From Hyalangium minutum (GTDB taxonomy: Bacteria > Myxococcota > Myxococcia > Myxococcales > Myxococcaceae): a stretch of 64,000 bases of DNA. The stretch is from the NCBI RefSeq assembly GCF_000737315.1, contig NZ_JMCB01000015.1:187302-251301 (forward strand). The letters run 5' to 3'. A model generated the notes under the pieces. That model was not told the origin of the DNA and did no database searches. It saw only the letters and a list, made by a program, of their open reading frames with translations. Within the stretch, counting starts at the first letter, position 1; every line of letters starts with the position of its first letter. This document shows, piece after piece, positions 9,286-18,328 of the stretch. The translations under genes and the position numbers were made by a program.

Positions 9286-10155
9286 ATGCTCCACCACCTG
9301 CGCTTCTTCGCTGAACGCAACCCGGCGGCTCACCGGGTGCACCAAGAGAGCTTCTGCGGCGTATGCCAGGGGCAGGGGCGCTTCTCCGGTGCCATGAGCT
9401 CCCTGGCCATCAACTACCTGCAGGCGTACTTCAACCTGATCGCCTGTGGCCTCGAGGGGGTCCCCGCGCAGAAGAAGGCTTGCCTCACCGAGCCGTGGTC
9501 GCGCGTGGGTGTCCGTCGGGCCTCGCCCCGGGCGGAGAGCTTCCTGGCGGCGGTAAACCTGTTGCTCCTCGGCTCGTGGCTTCGCCTCCAGAAGGAGCGG
9601 GGGGATCGCCGGGCCTCGGTCGGTCTGTTCATGCTGCGCTCGGGGTTGCGCAAGTCCGAGGAGGAGGTGCGTGGCGCCGGCCTGGAGCCCGAGCGCTTCC
9701 AGGGGCTGCCGCTGGCGGATCCGCTCTCCGACGGTCTGCCGGAGGTGTTCGCGGAGGTCATGGTCCGGCTCGCGGAGCTGTGCGGCCGGCCCGAGCAGGC
9801 GGAGCAGATGGCCGGGATGGGACGCGCGTTGGCTCGGGGCCTGGTGCTCTGGCACGTGTCGGTGCCTCCCAGCCCGGACAATCCCGACTGGTTTCCCGAG
9901 CTGCGTCAGCAACTGGCCCAGGATCCCGAGGGCCTGCGCCAGAGGCTGGAGAGCCAGCTGGCCGAGCTGCGCACGCACCTGGAGGCCCTGCCCCTGGGCG
10001 ACTCGCAGGAGGCTGCGCTGGCGGTGGTGGACTCCATGAAGGAGGGAGAGCGGGTCCAGCAGCCGTTGAGAGGCGATCCGTTCGAGGCCTACAAGCGGCG
10101 CTGGGTGCAGTCTGGGGACCCCTGCGAGCTCCCCGGTGGCATCATTCGCCGCTGA
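9286..10155 (+). CDS. Hypothetical protein, DUF5685-like
   Basis: FCGVC...SLAINY..YFNL resembles the YCGLC...LNYD..FL N-terminus recalled for DUF5685. Recognition only. Confidence 0.5.
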   Translation: MLHHLRFFAERNPAAHRVHQESFCGVCQGQGRFSGAMSSLAINYLQAYFNLIACGLEGVPAQKKACLTEPWSRVGVRRASPRAESFLAAVNLLLLGSWLRLQKERGDRRASVGLFMLRSGLRKSEEEVRGAGLEPERFQGLPLADPLSDGLPEVFAEVMVRLAELCGRPEQAEQMAGMGRALARGLVLWHVSVPPSPDNPDWFPELRQQLAQDPEGLRQRLESQLAELRTHLEALPLGDSQEAALAVVDSMKEGERVQQPLRGDPFEAYKRRWVQSGDPCELPGGIIRR

Positions 10156-12451
10156 CATCCTGGGGGGCCGGGCCCAGCCGAGGCTTGAACGTCATCAGCA
10201 GCACCGGGCTCAGGAACGCATCCGCGAGGCCCGCGGCCCACAGGGTGAGCCCCGTGAGCAGCCCCAGGTTGGCGAGGCCCTCGAAGCGGGAGAACTGCAG
10301 CAGCAGGAAGCCTCCCGCCACCGCCGCCGACGTGACGATCATCGCCCGGCCGCACTCGTGGAGCGTCTCCAGCGCGGCCTTTCGGTGGGGCTCGGAGGCG
10401 CCCTCGGCTCGCAGCGCCAGGAAGCGCCGCTTGTAGCGGACGAGGTACTGCAGCGTGTCGTCATCGGCGATCACCAGGGCCATGCTCGCGATGAGCACCG
10501 TGGAGGGCTTGAGGTGGATCCCCAGCACGGCCATGGCTCCGAAGAGCACGCCCACCGGCAGCACGTTGGGCACCAGCCCGATCAGCGCCAGCTTCGCGCT
10601 GCGCAGCACCAGGAAGAACGCGAGGAAGCTCACCCCCAGCGCCGCCGCGAAGCTCTGCAGCAGCCCCCGCGTCAGCATGCCCGTCACGTGTGCCGTCATC
10701 GCCACGTTGCCCGTGACGCTCGCGCGGTAGCCTGGCGGCACCTCCTTCGTCACGAAGGCCTGGGCGGACTCCACCACCTCCTGCATCCGCGCCGCGCCGA
10801 GGTTGGGCAGCAGCGCCACCACGCCCGCGGCCCGCCGGTTCTCCGCCAGCACCGTGTCCAGCGGCTGGTAGCGCGCCAGCTTGCCCACGGCGGTCGCGTT
10901 GGCCTCCTCGGTCTCCACCAGCAGGCCGTCGCCCCAGAGCGCCGCGTTCACCGGCGCCAGCATGCGCGGCAGGCTCACCACGGGCGGATGCTCGGGGATG
11001 GCCGCCAGGAAGGCGTCCACCTTGCTCTGGAAGGCCATCGCTTCGGGCTCCAGCACCGAGTGTGACGCGCTGCCCTCCGGCTCCAGGAAGATGGCCAGCG
11101 GCACCAGTCCGCCCAGCGCCTCCTGCGCGTAGGTCAGCTCCGCCGCCAGCGGCGAGTCCGCGCGCAGGTCATCGAACACCCGGAACTCCCGCTGCAGCCG
11201 CGTGAGCGACAGCACGCTCAGCAAGGCCACGGCTCCGGCCACGGCCAGCACACGGCGCGGGTGTGTCACGGTCTGCCGCTCCACCCACCGCAGCATCGCG
11301 TCCAGAGGCCTCGTGCGCGCCTCGGAGGACTGCGGTCGGGCGCTCACCGTGGCCTTGTTCGGGCGCAGCAGCAGCATCCACGGCAGCATCAGCATGTTCG
11401 CCACCCATGCGAGCACCACCCCCAGCGCCGTAGCGAGCCCGAACTCGTAGACCGCCGTGAGGCCGATGAGCCCCATCGACACGAAGCCCGCGGCGATGAC
11501 CAGCTCGGTGGCCAGGCACGGTCCCGCTGCCGAGGCCATCGTCTCGATGAGTGCCTGCCGGTACTCCGTCCCCGAGCGGCGGCGCTCCTCCAGATCCGAC
11601 AGCACGTGCACGGTGTCCGTCAGCGACACCACCAGCACCACGATGGGCGAGAACGAGGTGAGGATGCCCAGCGGCACCTGCAGCCACCCCATGGCGCCCA
11701 CCATCCACACCCACGAGGCCACCAGCGTGCCCGCCGAGGCCACCACCGCCCAGGCATCCCGGTACGCGAAGGCCACCAGCCCGAGGATGACCAGCAGCGC
11801 CAGGGGCAGCAGCCGGCCCATGTCCTCCTCGATCATCCGCGCCAGCGTGGCCCGCACCGCCGGAGCCCCTGTCAGCGTCAGGTGTAGCTCAGGGCTCGCA
11901 TGCCGCTCGAGCACAGCCTGGGCCGCGGAGGTGAAGTCGCGCTCGGAGATGAGGCGCTCGGCGCCGCTGCCGGGAACGAGTGCCACCTGCACCACGGCCA
12001 GCTCGCGTGTGGGGTGCACGAGCATCCGCATGAGCGGATCCTGGCGCGCCTCCTCCAGCGCCTTCTTCAGGAGGTCGGGGCTGGCCCGGGACTCCACGGG
12101 AAAGAGCAGATCATCGGTCTTCCGTACGGAAGCCGGTCCCACCACGTGCCGGACGCGCGGCAGGGCGCGCAGGGCGTCCTCCAACTGGGCCAGGGTGGAC
12201 AGGCCCTCCGGAGTGAAGACACGCGGGCCCTCGGCGATGACGAACGCCTGCGTGTCCTCGCCCGGGAAGGTGCTCCGGTAGCGATCGAAGTCCGCCTTGG
12301 CTGCGTCCCCGAACGGGTGCATCCGCTCGATGGAAGGATCCATCGGCACACGGGCCCCGCCCACGAGGGCCAGCGCCCACAGTCCCATGAGTCCCAGTAC
12401 CAGGGGCCATCGGCGCGTCAGCAGGCGCTCGAAGACCGCCCGCCAGCTCAC
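10142..12451 (-). CDS. MMPL/RND-family lipid transporter
   Basis: Two sets of 1+5 TM helices with VVSLTDTVH and LVIADDDTLQYL (MMPL-type acidic TM motifs). The GTG start overlaps the upstream TGA (GTGA). Confidence 0.88.
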   Translation of the reverse strand: MSWRAVFERLLTRRWPLVLGLMGLWALALVGGARVPMDPSIERMHPFGDAAKADFDRYRSTFPGEDTQAFVIAEGPRVFTPEGLSTLAQLEDALRALPRVRHVVGPASVRKTDDLLFPVESRASPDLLKKALEEARQDPLMRMLVHPTRELAVVQVALVPGSGAERLISERDFTSAAQAVLERHASPELHLTLTGAPAVRATLARMIEEDMGRLLPLALLVILGLVAFAYRDAWAVVASAGTLVASWVWMVGAMGWLQVPLGILTSFSPIVVLVVSLTDTVHVLSDLEERRRSGTEYRQALIETMASAAGPCLATELVIAAGFVSMGLIGLTAVYEFGLATALGVVLAWVANMLMLPWMLLLRPNKATVSARPQSSEARTRPLDAMLRWVERQTVTHPRRVLAVAGAVALLSVLSLTRLQREFRVFDDLRADSPLAAELTYAQEALGGLVPLAIFLEPEGSASHSVLEPEAMAFQSKVDAFLAAIPEHPPVVSLPRMLAPVNAALWGDGLLVETEEANATAVGKLARYQPLDTVLAENRRAAGVVALLPNLGAARMQEVVESAQAFVTKEVPPGYRASVTGNVAMTAHVTGMLTRGLLQSFAAALGVSFLAFFLVLRSAKLALIGLVPNVLPVGVLFGAMAVLGIHLKPSTVLIASMALVIADDDTLQYLVRYKRRFLALRAEGASEPHRKAALETLHECGRAMIVTSAAVAGGFLLLQFSRFEGLANLGLLTGLTLWAAGLADAFLSPVLLMTFKPRLGPAPQDVSGE

Positions 12452-13209
12452 TGCCGCTGCCCTCTCCACCGGCTGAGGAAGTGCAGCATCTCCGCGCGGA
12501 AGCCGAACGGCTCCGTGGAGCCAGGAGGCAGGCCCAGCGCAGCAGGGGAGTCATCGGGCCGAGGCCAGGAGGCCGTGCCGAAGAGGACGTCGAACACCGT
12601 CAGCATGGAGCCATAGTTGCCTCGGCCCTGCGAGTGGTGGTGGAGCCGATGGTACGCAGGGCTCACCACAATCCAGTCCAGCCACCCCAGCGAGTACCCC
12701 ATGTCCGAGTGGTGGTACGTGAGGAGCACCGCGTACAGCGCGAAGTACAGCTGCATGGACAGCGGCGAGAATCCCAACACCGTCAAGAGCGCGGTCAGCA
12801 GGGTCCCCGAGATGGCGACCTCCAGCCCGTGCGTGTGCGAGACCATCCACACGCTGAAGTGCTCCTCGCGGTGGTGCTGGAAGTGGAACACCCAGAGGGA
12901 GGCGAAGCGGTGCTTCACATAGTGGCTGATCCAGCTCACCAGCTCGGCCACCAGCGTGCAGGCCAGGAAGTCCACGGCGAACGGCAGCGTGTCAGGGACT
13001 ATCAGCGTGGGCAGGTGGGCGCGGGACCACACACCCGCGGACTGCAGGAAGTACATCGGCACGAGGCTCGCCACGAAGAACGTCCAGTTTCGCCGGCGGC
13101 GGGGGCCCGGTCCAAAGGTGTCCGCGCGGAACCGCGGATTGCGGAGCTCCAGCAGCACCAGGCCCACCAAGGCCAGGGCCGTGGCGACATGAAACATTGC
13201 GGCATCCAT
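12448..13209 (-). CDS. Sterol desaturase / fatty acid hydroxylase superfamily protein
   Basis: His boxes HYVKH, HFQHH, HHSD and HRLHH, with TM helices. Confidence 0.88.
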   Translation of the reverse strand: MDAAMFHVATALALVGLVLLELRNPRFRADTFGPGPRRRRNWTFFVASLVPMYFLQSAGVWSRAHLPTLIVPDTLPFAVDFLACTLVAELVSWISHYVKHRFASLWVFHFQHHREEHFSVWMVSHTHGLEVAISGTLLTALLTVLGFSPLSMQLYFALYAVLLTYHHSDMGYSLGWLDWIVVSPAYHRLHHHSQGRGNYGSMLTVFDVLFGTASWPRPDDSPAALGLPPGSTEPFGFRAEMLHFLSRWRGQRQ

Positions 13210-13260
13210 CGGGATGCAGCCTCTCACGACCCAGGGCTCTTCTCCCAGCCCCCCTCCTAC

Positions 13261-16200
13261 CTATGCCCGGCTGGCAGTGCTCGGGCGGAGGCCCGCCCTG
13301 GCAGGACCGCCAGGAAGGGGCTTGGAAGAACCGTGGCGACCCTTGGGCGGAACCTCGTCAGGGCAGCCGTCTTCGTCCTTGAAGCCGTTGCGGGTCTCCG
13401 GCTCGGTCGGGCACCTGTCCACTGCGTCCCGCACGCCGTCATTGTCGTTGTCCGGGTCGGGGCAGCCGTCCTCATCCTGGAAGCCGTCCTTGTCCTCGGG
13501 GAACTGCGGGCAGCGGTCCTGGTCGTCCGTGATCCCATCGCCGTCTAGGTCTACCCGCCGCGGGCGGGGCAGCTCGTCCGGGCAGCCATCCGTGTCTTCG
13601 AACTCGTTCAGCGTCTCCGGCTGGTTCGGGCAGTGATCGGTGGCATCCAGGATGCCGTCACCGTCGGTGTCGGCGTTCGGATCGACAGGACGGGCGCCGC
13701 TCTGGAAGCCCCAGTCTTTCAGGAAGCCGCCCCTGTCCTCGGGCTCCTGCGGATACTCTTCCGAGGACGGCCGGGACTTGCTGCGAGCAGAGGCCGCCTC
13801 CGCCTTCTCGGTCCACATGATTGCCGCCAGCAGGCGGAAGCCCGGCGTGCCATAGCCCCGGGTGAGGCCCATGCCGCTGCCCAGGTGCGCCGCCAGCGAG
13901 TCCGTGAAGCGGTACTTCAAGGCCGCCAGGAGCTCCAGCGGGCGTTCCTCGAGGTCCCACTCATTCAGGCCTCGGGCGCCCACCAGCGTGGCCTCGGCGG
14001 CCAGCCGGTGCGGGCCCACGAGGAAGGGCACCTCGGTACCGAGGCCGTAGGCGAACTCGTTGCTGACATTCAAGTTGTAGAACTGCGCCCGGGGCTGGAC
14101 GTTGATGCCCAGGTGGACCAGCACGCGCGCGCCGTTGACATGGGTCCACTCTCCGAGCAGCCGCGGGAAGAACGCCACGCCGCGGCGGCCCATGAACCCC
14201 TTGCCGCCCGAGGTGGGCAGCAGCACCGGCACCGTCACTCCGAGCTGCAGCCCGTTGTCGAAGGAGCGAAGGTGCGCCTTCGGCACGAGGCGCAGGTCCC
14301 CCATGCCTTCGGCATGGATTCCGTCGCCGAGCACAGGCGCCACGGAGAATGCGGGCGCGGAGTTCTGGGTGGTGAAGGGCACCACCATGCCGAGCTCGAA
14401 CTGGTCGTACAGCGACACGGCGCCCATTAGGTCGACGGTGGTCTGGTGCTTGACGATCTCGTAGATGAACTCGCCCGTCAGGGGCTGGCGGAAGTTGAAC
14501 GGGTCCCTCGCGTAGCTGAAGGACAGTCCCAGGTTCCAGTCGAGGTGCCGGCCCACTTGTGGGCTCTGCACCCCGAGCACATCCTTCCCACCCGGGCCGG
14601 GCTTGAACTGCTGCACGTCGATGCCCTGCGACGCCTGATCCGCGTTCTGCGCGCGGGCGGGCGCCGAGACCAGCAGGGCGGCGAGCAGACCCAGCACGCT
14701 CCAGTGCTTCTCCGAGCCGCGGAGGGCCTGACGGCGGCGCAAGAGCGTCAGGGCGAGCAACAGCGCCAGGGGCAACAGCGTGCTGGTGCCCGTGGAGGCG
14801 CAGCCACGGCCTCCCGTGGCCAAATCGTCCGCGTAGTTGAGCGGGTTGCGCCCGGCGTTGACCTCGTCCCCGTCGCTCATGCCTCCGCCGTCCGTGTCCC
14901 ATTTGCCCGGGTCTGTTCCGCGCCGCAGTTCCTCGTCATCGGTCAGACCGTCGCCGTCGGAGTCCCCTGGGCCCACCGTCACCGTTACCGTGACGGGCGT
15001 GGAGTCCTCGGTGCCATCGGAGACCGTGTACGTGAACGTCACGGTGCCCTCGAAGTCCGGAGCCGGGGTGAACACGACGTGGGTGCGGTCGGTGCTGATG
15101 GAGACGGTGCCGCTGGTGGGCTGGGTCACCTTGGAGACGGTGAGCGTCTCGCCGCTGTCCGGTTCACTGGAGTCATTGGTCAGCACACGCAGCAGGGACG
15201 CCCTGTTGCCAGGGACCGTGAACGTGTCATCCCTGCCCGTGGGCGGGTCGTTCACCGGAGTGACCTTCACGGTGACCACGGCCTCGGCGGTCTCGCCGTC
15301 CTTGTCCTTCACCCGGTACTTATAGGTGGTCGTCCCGTTGAAGTTGGGAGAGGGCGTGAAAATGACCGCGTGGTCCGCGTTCACCGCCGCCGCGCCGTTG
15401 GGGGACGGCGTGACGATGTCGATGGTCAGCGGCGTGTCCCGGAGCCCCTGGTCATTGATCAGCACCTCCATCCTGACCGCCGTGTCCTCTGGGGTTGTTG
15501 CGGTGTCGGGAGAGGCGCTGGGGGTGCCCGCGAGGTCCAGCCGACTCGCCTCCGGGGCGGCATCGGCCAGGTTGCTGGGAATGCCCGCGGAGCAGCCGAA
15601 GTCCGCGTTGAGCGAGTAGTTCCGAGCGTTGGTGCCGCCCCAGACGACGATGTTGGCGGCGGTGCTGATCTGCGCGACCTTCAGCGCCGTCTTCGGGAGG
15701 ACCAGGGTCACCCAGTAGTCCGCATTGCCGTTGAAGTTGCTGCCGTCGGTGGTGATCTTGACGTTGTAGTAGTCCGAGGCGGGCGTGAAGTCCTGGAGCA
15801 TGTCGGCCGCCTCTTCGCCCGCCGGATCACTGGGGTTGCCGGGCTCCTTGCGGCTGTTGCGCACCCAGCGGACCTTGGTGCCGCCCAGGTTGCCGTCGGC
15901 CGTGAGCATGTACTCGTAGGCCTGCGGATTGTTGTCCTGGTCCACCAGCACGTCCCAGCTCGAGGGCAGGAGGTCCACGCCGTTCTGCGCCCGCGGGTCG
16001 CCGTCGATGCGCAGCCGGAAGAACACGTGGTCCGTATCGGCGGCCCGGAAGAAGGCGGGGTAGGTGGTGTCTCCCACCAGGTCTCGCTCCGGGGTGCTCG
16101 GGACGGCATCGCCGGGGACATCGAACGCGTTGACGCCCCCGCAGCGATACGGGGAGAAGGCCGAGTCAGGGGGGATGGAGATCACCGCCTGCCGCGCGAT

Positions 16201-16338
16201 TCCCAGGGCCGAGGCGCTCTCGATGGAGGGACCCTCCGAGCATGCGGCCACTATCGCTACCAGCAACCCCACCCCGGCACGGGAGAGACGTCTCCGTGCG
16301 GAGCAGGCCGAGGGACTCGCGCTTCGGGAGGGGCTCAT
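13261..16338 (-). CDS. Ig/cadherin-like repeat surface protein fused through a MYXO-CTERM-like motif to an outer-membrane beta-barrel + TSP3 repeats (no OmpA C-domain)
   Basis: Lipobox-like LVAIVAAC; two DDT/VLxND tandem Ig-like repeats; GGRGCASTG-hydrophobic-RRR; second signal-like segment GLLAALLVSAPARA; IDVQQFKPGPG barrel start; DTDGDGILD/DKDGFQDEDGCPD repeats. Confidence 0.78.
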   Translation of the reverse strand: MSPSRSASPSACSARRRLSRAGVGLLVAIVAACSEGPSIESASALGIARQAVISIPPDSAFSPYRCGGVNAFDVPGDAVPSTPERDLVGDTTYPAFFRAADTDHVFFRLRIDGDPRAQNGVDLLPSSWDVLVDQDNNPQAYEYMLTADGNLGGTKVRWVRNSRKEPGNPSDPAGEEAADMLQDFTPASDYYNVKITTDGSNFNGNADYWVTLVLPKTALKVAQISTAANIVVWGGTNARNYSLNADFGCSAGIPSNLADAAPEASRLDLAGTPSASPDTATTPEDTAVRMEVLINDQGLRDTPLTIDIVTPSPNGAAAVNADHAVIFTPSPNFNGTTTYKYRVKDKDGETAEAVVTVKVTPVNDPPTGRDDTFTVPGNRASLLRVLTNDSSEPDSGETLTVSKVTQPTSGTVSISTDRTHVVFTPAPDFEGTVTFTYTVSDGTEDSTPVTVTVTVGPGDSDGDGLTDDEELRRGTDPGKWDTDGGGMSDGDEVNAGRNPLNYADDLATGGRGCASTGTSTLLPLALLLALTLLRRRQALRGSEKHWSVLGLLAALLVSAPARAQNADQASQGIDVQQFKPGPGGKDVLGVQSPQVGRHLDWNLGLSFSYARDPFNFRQPLTGEFIYEIVKHQTTVDLMGAVSLYDQFELGMVVPFTTQNSAPAFSVAPVLGDGIHAEGMGDLRLVPKAHLRSFDNGLQLGVTVPVLLPTSGGKGFMGRRGVAFFPRLLGEWTHVNGARVLVHLGINVQPRAQFYNLNVSNEFAYGLGTEVPFLVGPHRLAAEATLVGARGLNEWDLEERPLELLAALKYRFTDSLAAHLGSGMGLTRGYGTPGFRLLAAIMWTEKAEAASARSKSRPSSEEYPQEPEDRGGFLKDWGFQSGARPVDPNADTDGDGILDATDHCPNQPETLNEFEDTDGCPDELPRPRRVDLDGDGITDDQDRCPQFPEDKDGFQDEDGCPDPDNDNDGVRDAVDRCPTEPETRNGFKDEDGCPDEVPPKGRHGSSKPLPGGPARAGLRPSTASRA

Positions 16339-16460
16339 GGGTGGAGTGAGGACGAAGTGGTGGGGTGTGCTTGCAGGTGGGTGCAGCCCGTGAGTGCTCG
16401 AACGGAGAGTTCAGCAGCAATGCCGCGGCTGCACCAGCAGGGAGCCGTCCGGTTCCCGCA

Positions 16461-16498
16461 AGAAAAACGCCGTGCCAGGGGAGACCCGGCACGGCGTT
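16461..16498 (-). terminator. Rho-independent terminator of bet
   Basis: On the minus strand AACGCCGTGCCGGG-TCTC-CCCTGGCACGGCGTT is followed by TTTCT. Confidence 0.75.
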
Positions 16499-16531
16499 CG
16501 TGTTCTCAGCGTTCCTTCAGAAGCCCTGGGA

Positions 16532-17620
16532 TCAGGCCTCGACGGACGCCTCCTTCTTGGCGGAGGCGGACGGCACCCGGCAGCGCAGCTCCGTCTCGGC
16601 CTCGAGCGCCGCGAGGTTCTCTCGCATCGCCTTGGCCCACTTCGCCTTGGGCTGCTCCATCAGCTTCTCGTGCGCCATGTCGATGGTCTCGCTCAGCTCG
16701 TCGTCGCTGAGCTCGGAGGCCGTCTTCCCCTTGTAGGGGCCGAAGGCCACCACCGTGGCGGAGCTCTTTGGCCGCGCGGGTGGCGTCTCCGGCTTCGTCT
16801 CCGCCGGGCTGGCCGCCTGGGTGTCCAGGGTGAGCTGCGCCGAGCCGTTATCGGCCTTCTCCTCGGCCTTCTCCTCCTTCACCGCGGACGGCAGGGGAGG
16901 GAAGGACGCCTTCATGGGGCCCGGCTTCACGCCGAGCACCTCGTAGGCGCCGCTGCCGCTCGCGGGCGCGAGCTCCTCCAGGTGCGCCTGCGCCGGAGCC
17001 GTCTCGTACTCCTCGGCAGGCATCTCCTCGCGCACGTACAGGCCGCCGAAGGCCTCCGGGTACGCCTTGCGCAACGCCGCCACGCGCGCGCACTTCTCGA
17101 TCATCGTCGTGGGAATCTTCGCCCACAGCGGCGTCTGCTGGACGTAGCCCGCGAAGTCCAGCCACACCACCACGGGCAGCTTGCCTTCGCGCACCACGCG
17201 CGCCCAGGCGCCTACCAGCGCACCCTTGCGCTTGGCCGGGTTGAAGCGGTGCACCACCTCGCCCTTGCCCTGGTCCACGATGATCTCGTCCTCGGCGTAC
17301 ACCGCGCTGGCCTGGATGCCCTTGAAGTCCGGGAAGCGCTCGGCGCGCGCCAGCATCCCCGCCTCGGAAGGCTGGAACTCGTAGCGCGTCACCCAGGTGG
17401 GCCGCTCCCGGTTACCCACGTTCTGCCGGCGTCCCACGCAGAACGCCTCCTTCAAGAGCGGATCCAACCCCGAGCGCTTGCACTGCTCGATGAAGAGCGC
17501 GAACTCGTCCTCACCGATGCCCTTGGGGCAGATCGTCCTGCGGATGAGCTCCACGCGCTCGCGGCTCCAGGCCGACTGGGCCGCCGCGGCTTCCACCTTG
17601 CTCTGCTGTCCTTCACTCAC
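16532..17620 (-). CDS. bet: Phage recombination protein Bet / RecT-family single-strand annealing protein
   Basis: EFALFIEQCKRSGLDPLLKEAFCV ... LVGAWARVVR ... W.KIPTTMIEKCARVAALRKAYPE is the Bet/RecT core. Confidence 0.85.
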   Translation of the reverse strand: MSEGQQSKVEAAAAQSAWSRERVELIRRTICPKGIGEDEFALFIEQCKRSGLDPLLKEAFCVGRRQNVGNRERPTWVTRYEFQPSEAGMLARAERFPDFKGIQASAVYAEDEIIVDQGKGEVVHRFNPAKRKGALVGAWARVVREGKLPVVVWLDFAGYVQQTPLWAKIPTTMIEKCARVAALRKAYPEAFGGLYVREEMPAEEYETAPAQAHLEELAPASGSGAYEVLGVKPGPMKASFPPLPSAVKEEKAEEKADNGSAQLTLDTQAASPAETKPETPPARPKSSATVVAFGPYKGKTASELSDDELSETIDMAHEKLMEQPKAKWAKAMRENLAALEAETELRCRVPSASAKKEASVEA

Positions 17621-17871
17621 TGTGCTTCTCCGTTCGAAAAGGCGGACACCTCGTCCGCCTGCCTGGCGTGCTGCGGGACGGCCAATTTTGAGGGTGCTCC
17701 CCGGCCGCTCCCGGGGACGGGAACGATCCGAGACCGCAGCCTTGTTGGAACCACGATGCGATCAGCCCCCTTTCCGCCACAGGGGGGTGATCCGGAGTGT
17801 GATCCTGGGACGGCCGGACAGCGGCCGGACAGCCACGGATCTGCCGATTTGAGGGGGCGTGGGAAAAACGT

Positions 17872-17908
17872 TTGACAGCGCGGGCGGCGTTCAGTACTTA
17901 GCGCGCCC
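17872..17908 (+). promoter_or_regulatory. Probable sigma70 promoter for tRNA-Lys/tRNA-Leu
   Basis: Perfect TTGACA (17872-17877), 17-nt spacer, weak -10 TACTTA, then a GC-rich discriminator GCGCGCCC. Confidence 0.5.
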
Positions 17909-17945
17909 ACTCGACAGCGCGTCACACCGCGTCGAGCGCCAAGCC

Positions 17946-18018
17946 GGGAGCGTAGCTCAATTGGCAGAGCAATGGACTCTTAATCCATAGGTTGTGGGTT
18001 CGATTCCCTCCGCTCTCA
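17946..18018 (+). tRNA. tRNA-Lys(CTT)
   Basis: Acceptor GGGAGCG/CGCTCTC, anticodon arm ATGGA-CTCTTAA-TCCAT, T-loop TTCGATT. Confidence 0.93.
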
Positions 18019-18020
18019 CT

Positions 18021-18063
18021 CATCGGGGCCCCTTCAGGAATGAAGGGGCCCCGATGTCTTTTC
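18021..18063 (+). terminator. Rho-independent terminator after tRNA-Lys
   Basis: Perfect 16-bp stem CATCGGGGCCCCTTCA-GGAA-TGAAGGGGCCCCGATG followed by TCTTTTC. Confidence 0.85.
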
Positions 18064-18143
18064 AGCCTCTGGAGGCTGGGAGTTCTCCCGTCGAGGGATG
18101 AACACCCGGATTGTTTCGGAGTAGAAGGTCGCGCAGCGCCGCT

Positions 18144-18225
18144 GGGCGGGTGGCGAAACTGGTAGACGCGCCAGACTTAGGATCTGGTACCGCAAGGTGT
18201 GAGGGTTCGAGTCCCTCCTCGCCCA
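18144..18225 (+). tRNA. tRNA-Leu(TAG)
   Basis: Anticodon arm CCAGA-CTTAGGA-TCTGG, long variable arm, T-loop TTCGAGT. Confidence 0.94.
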
Positions 18226-18328
18226 TTTCGCGTTGACCCTGCCGAACGTATCCCCTAAAGCCCCACCCCCTACACTCTTTCCCCATCCGGCGTCGGCGCG
18301 GGACTCCCGCCCGGCGAGCGAGGCGTAC

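Noticed and set aside
16532-18225. Prophage integrated at tRNA-Lys/tRNA-Leu
   Set aside because: No integrase, structural genes or duplicated tRNA 3' end were seen.
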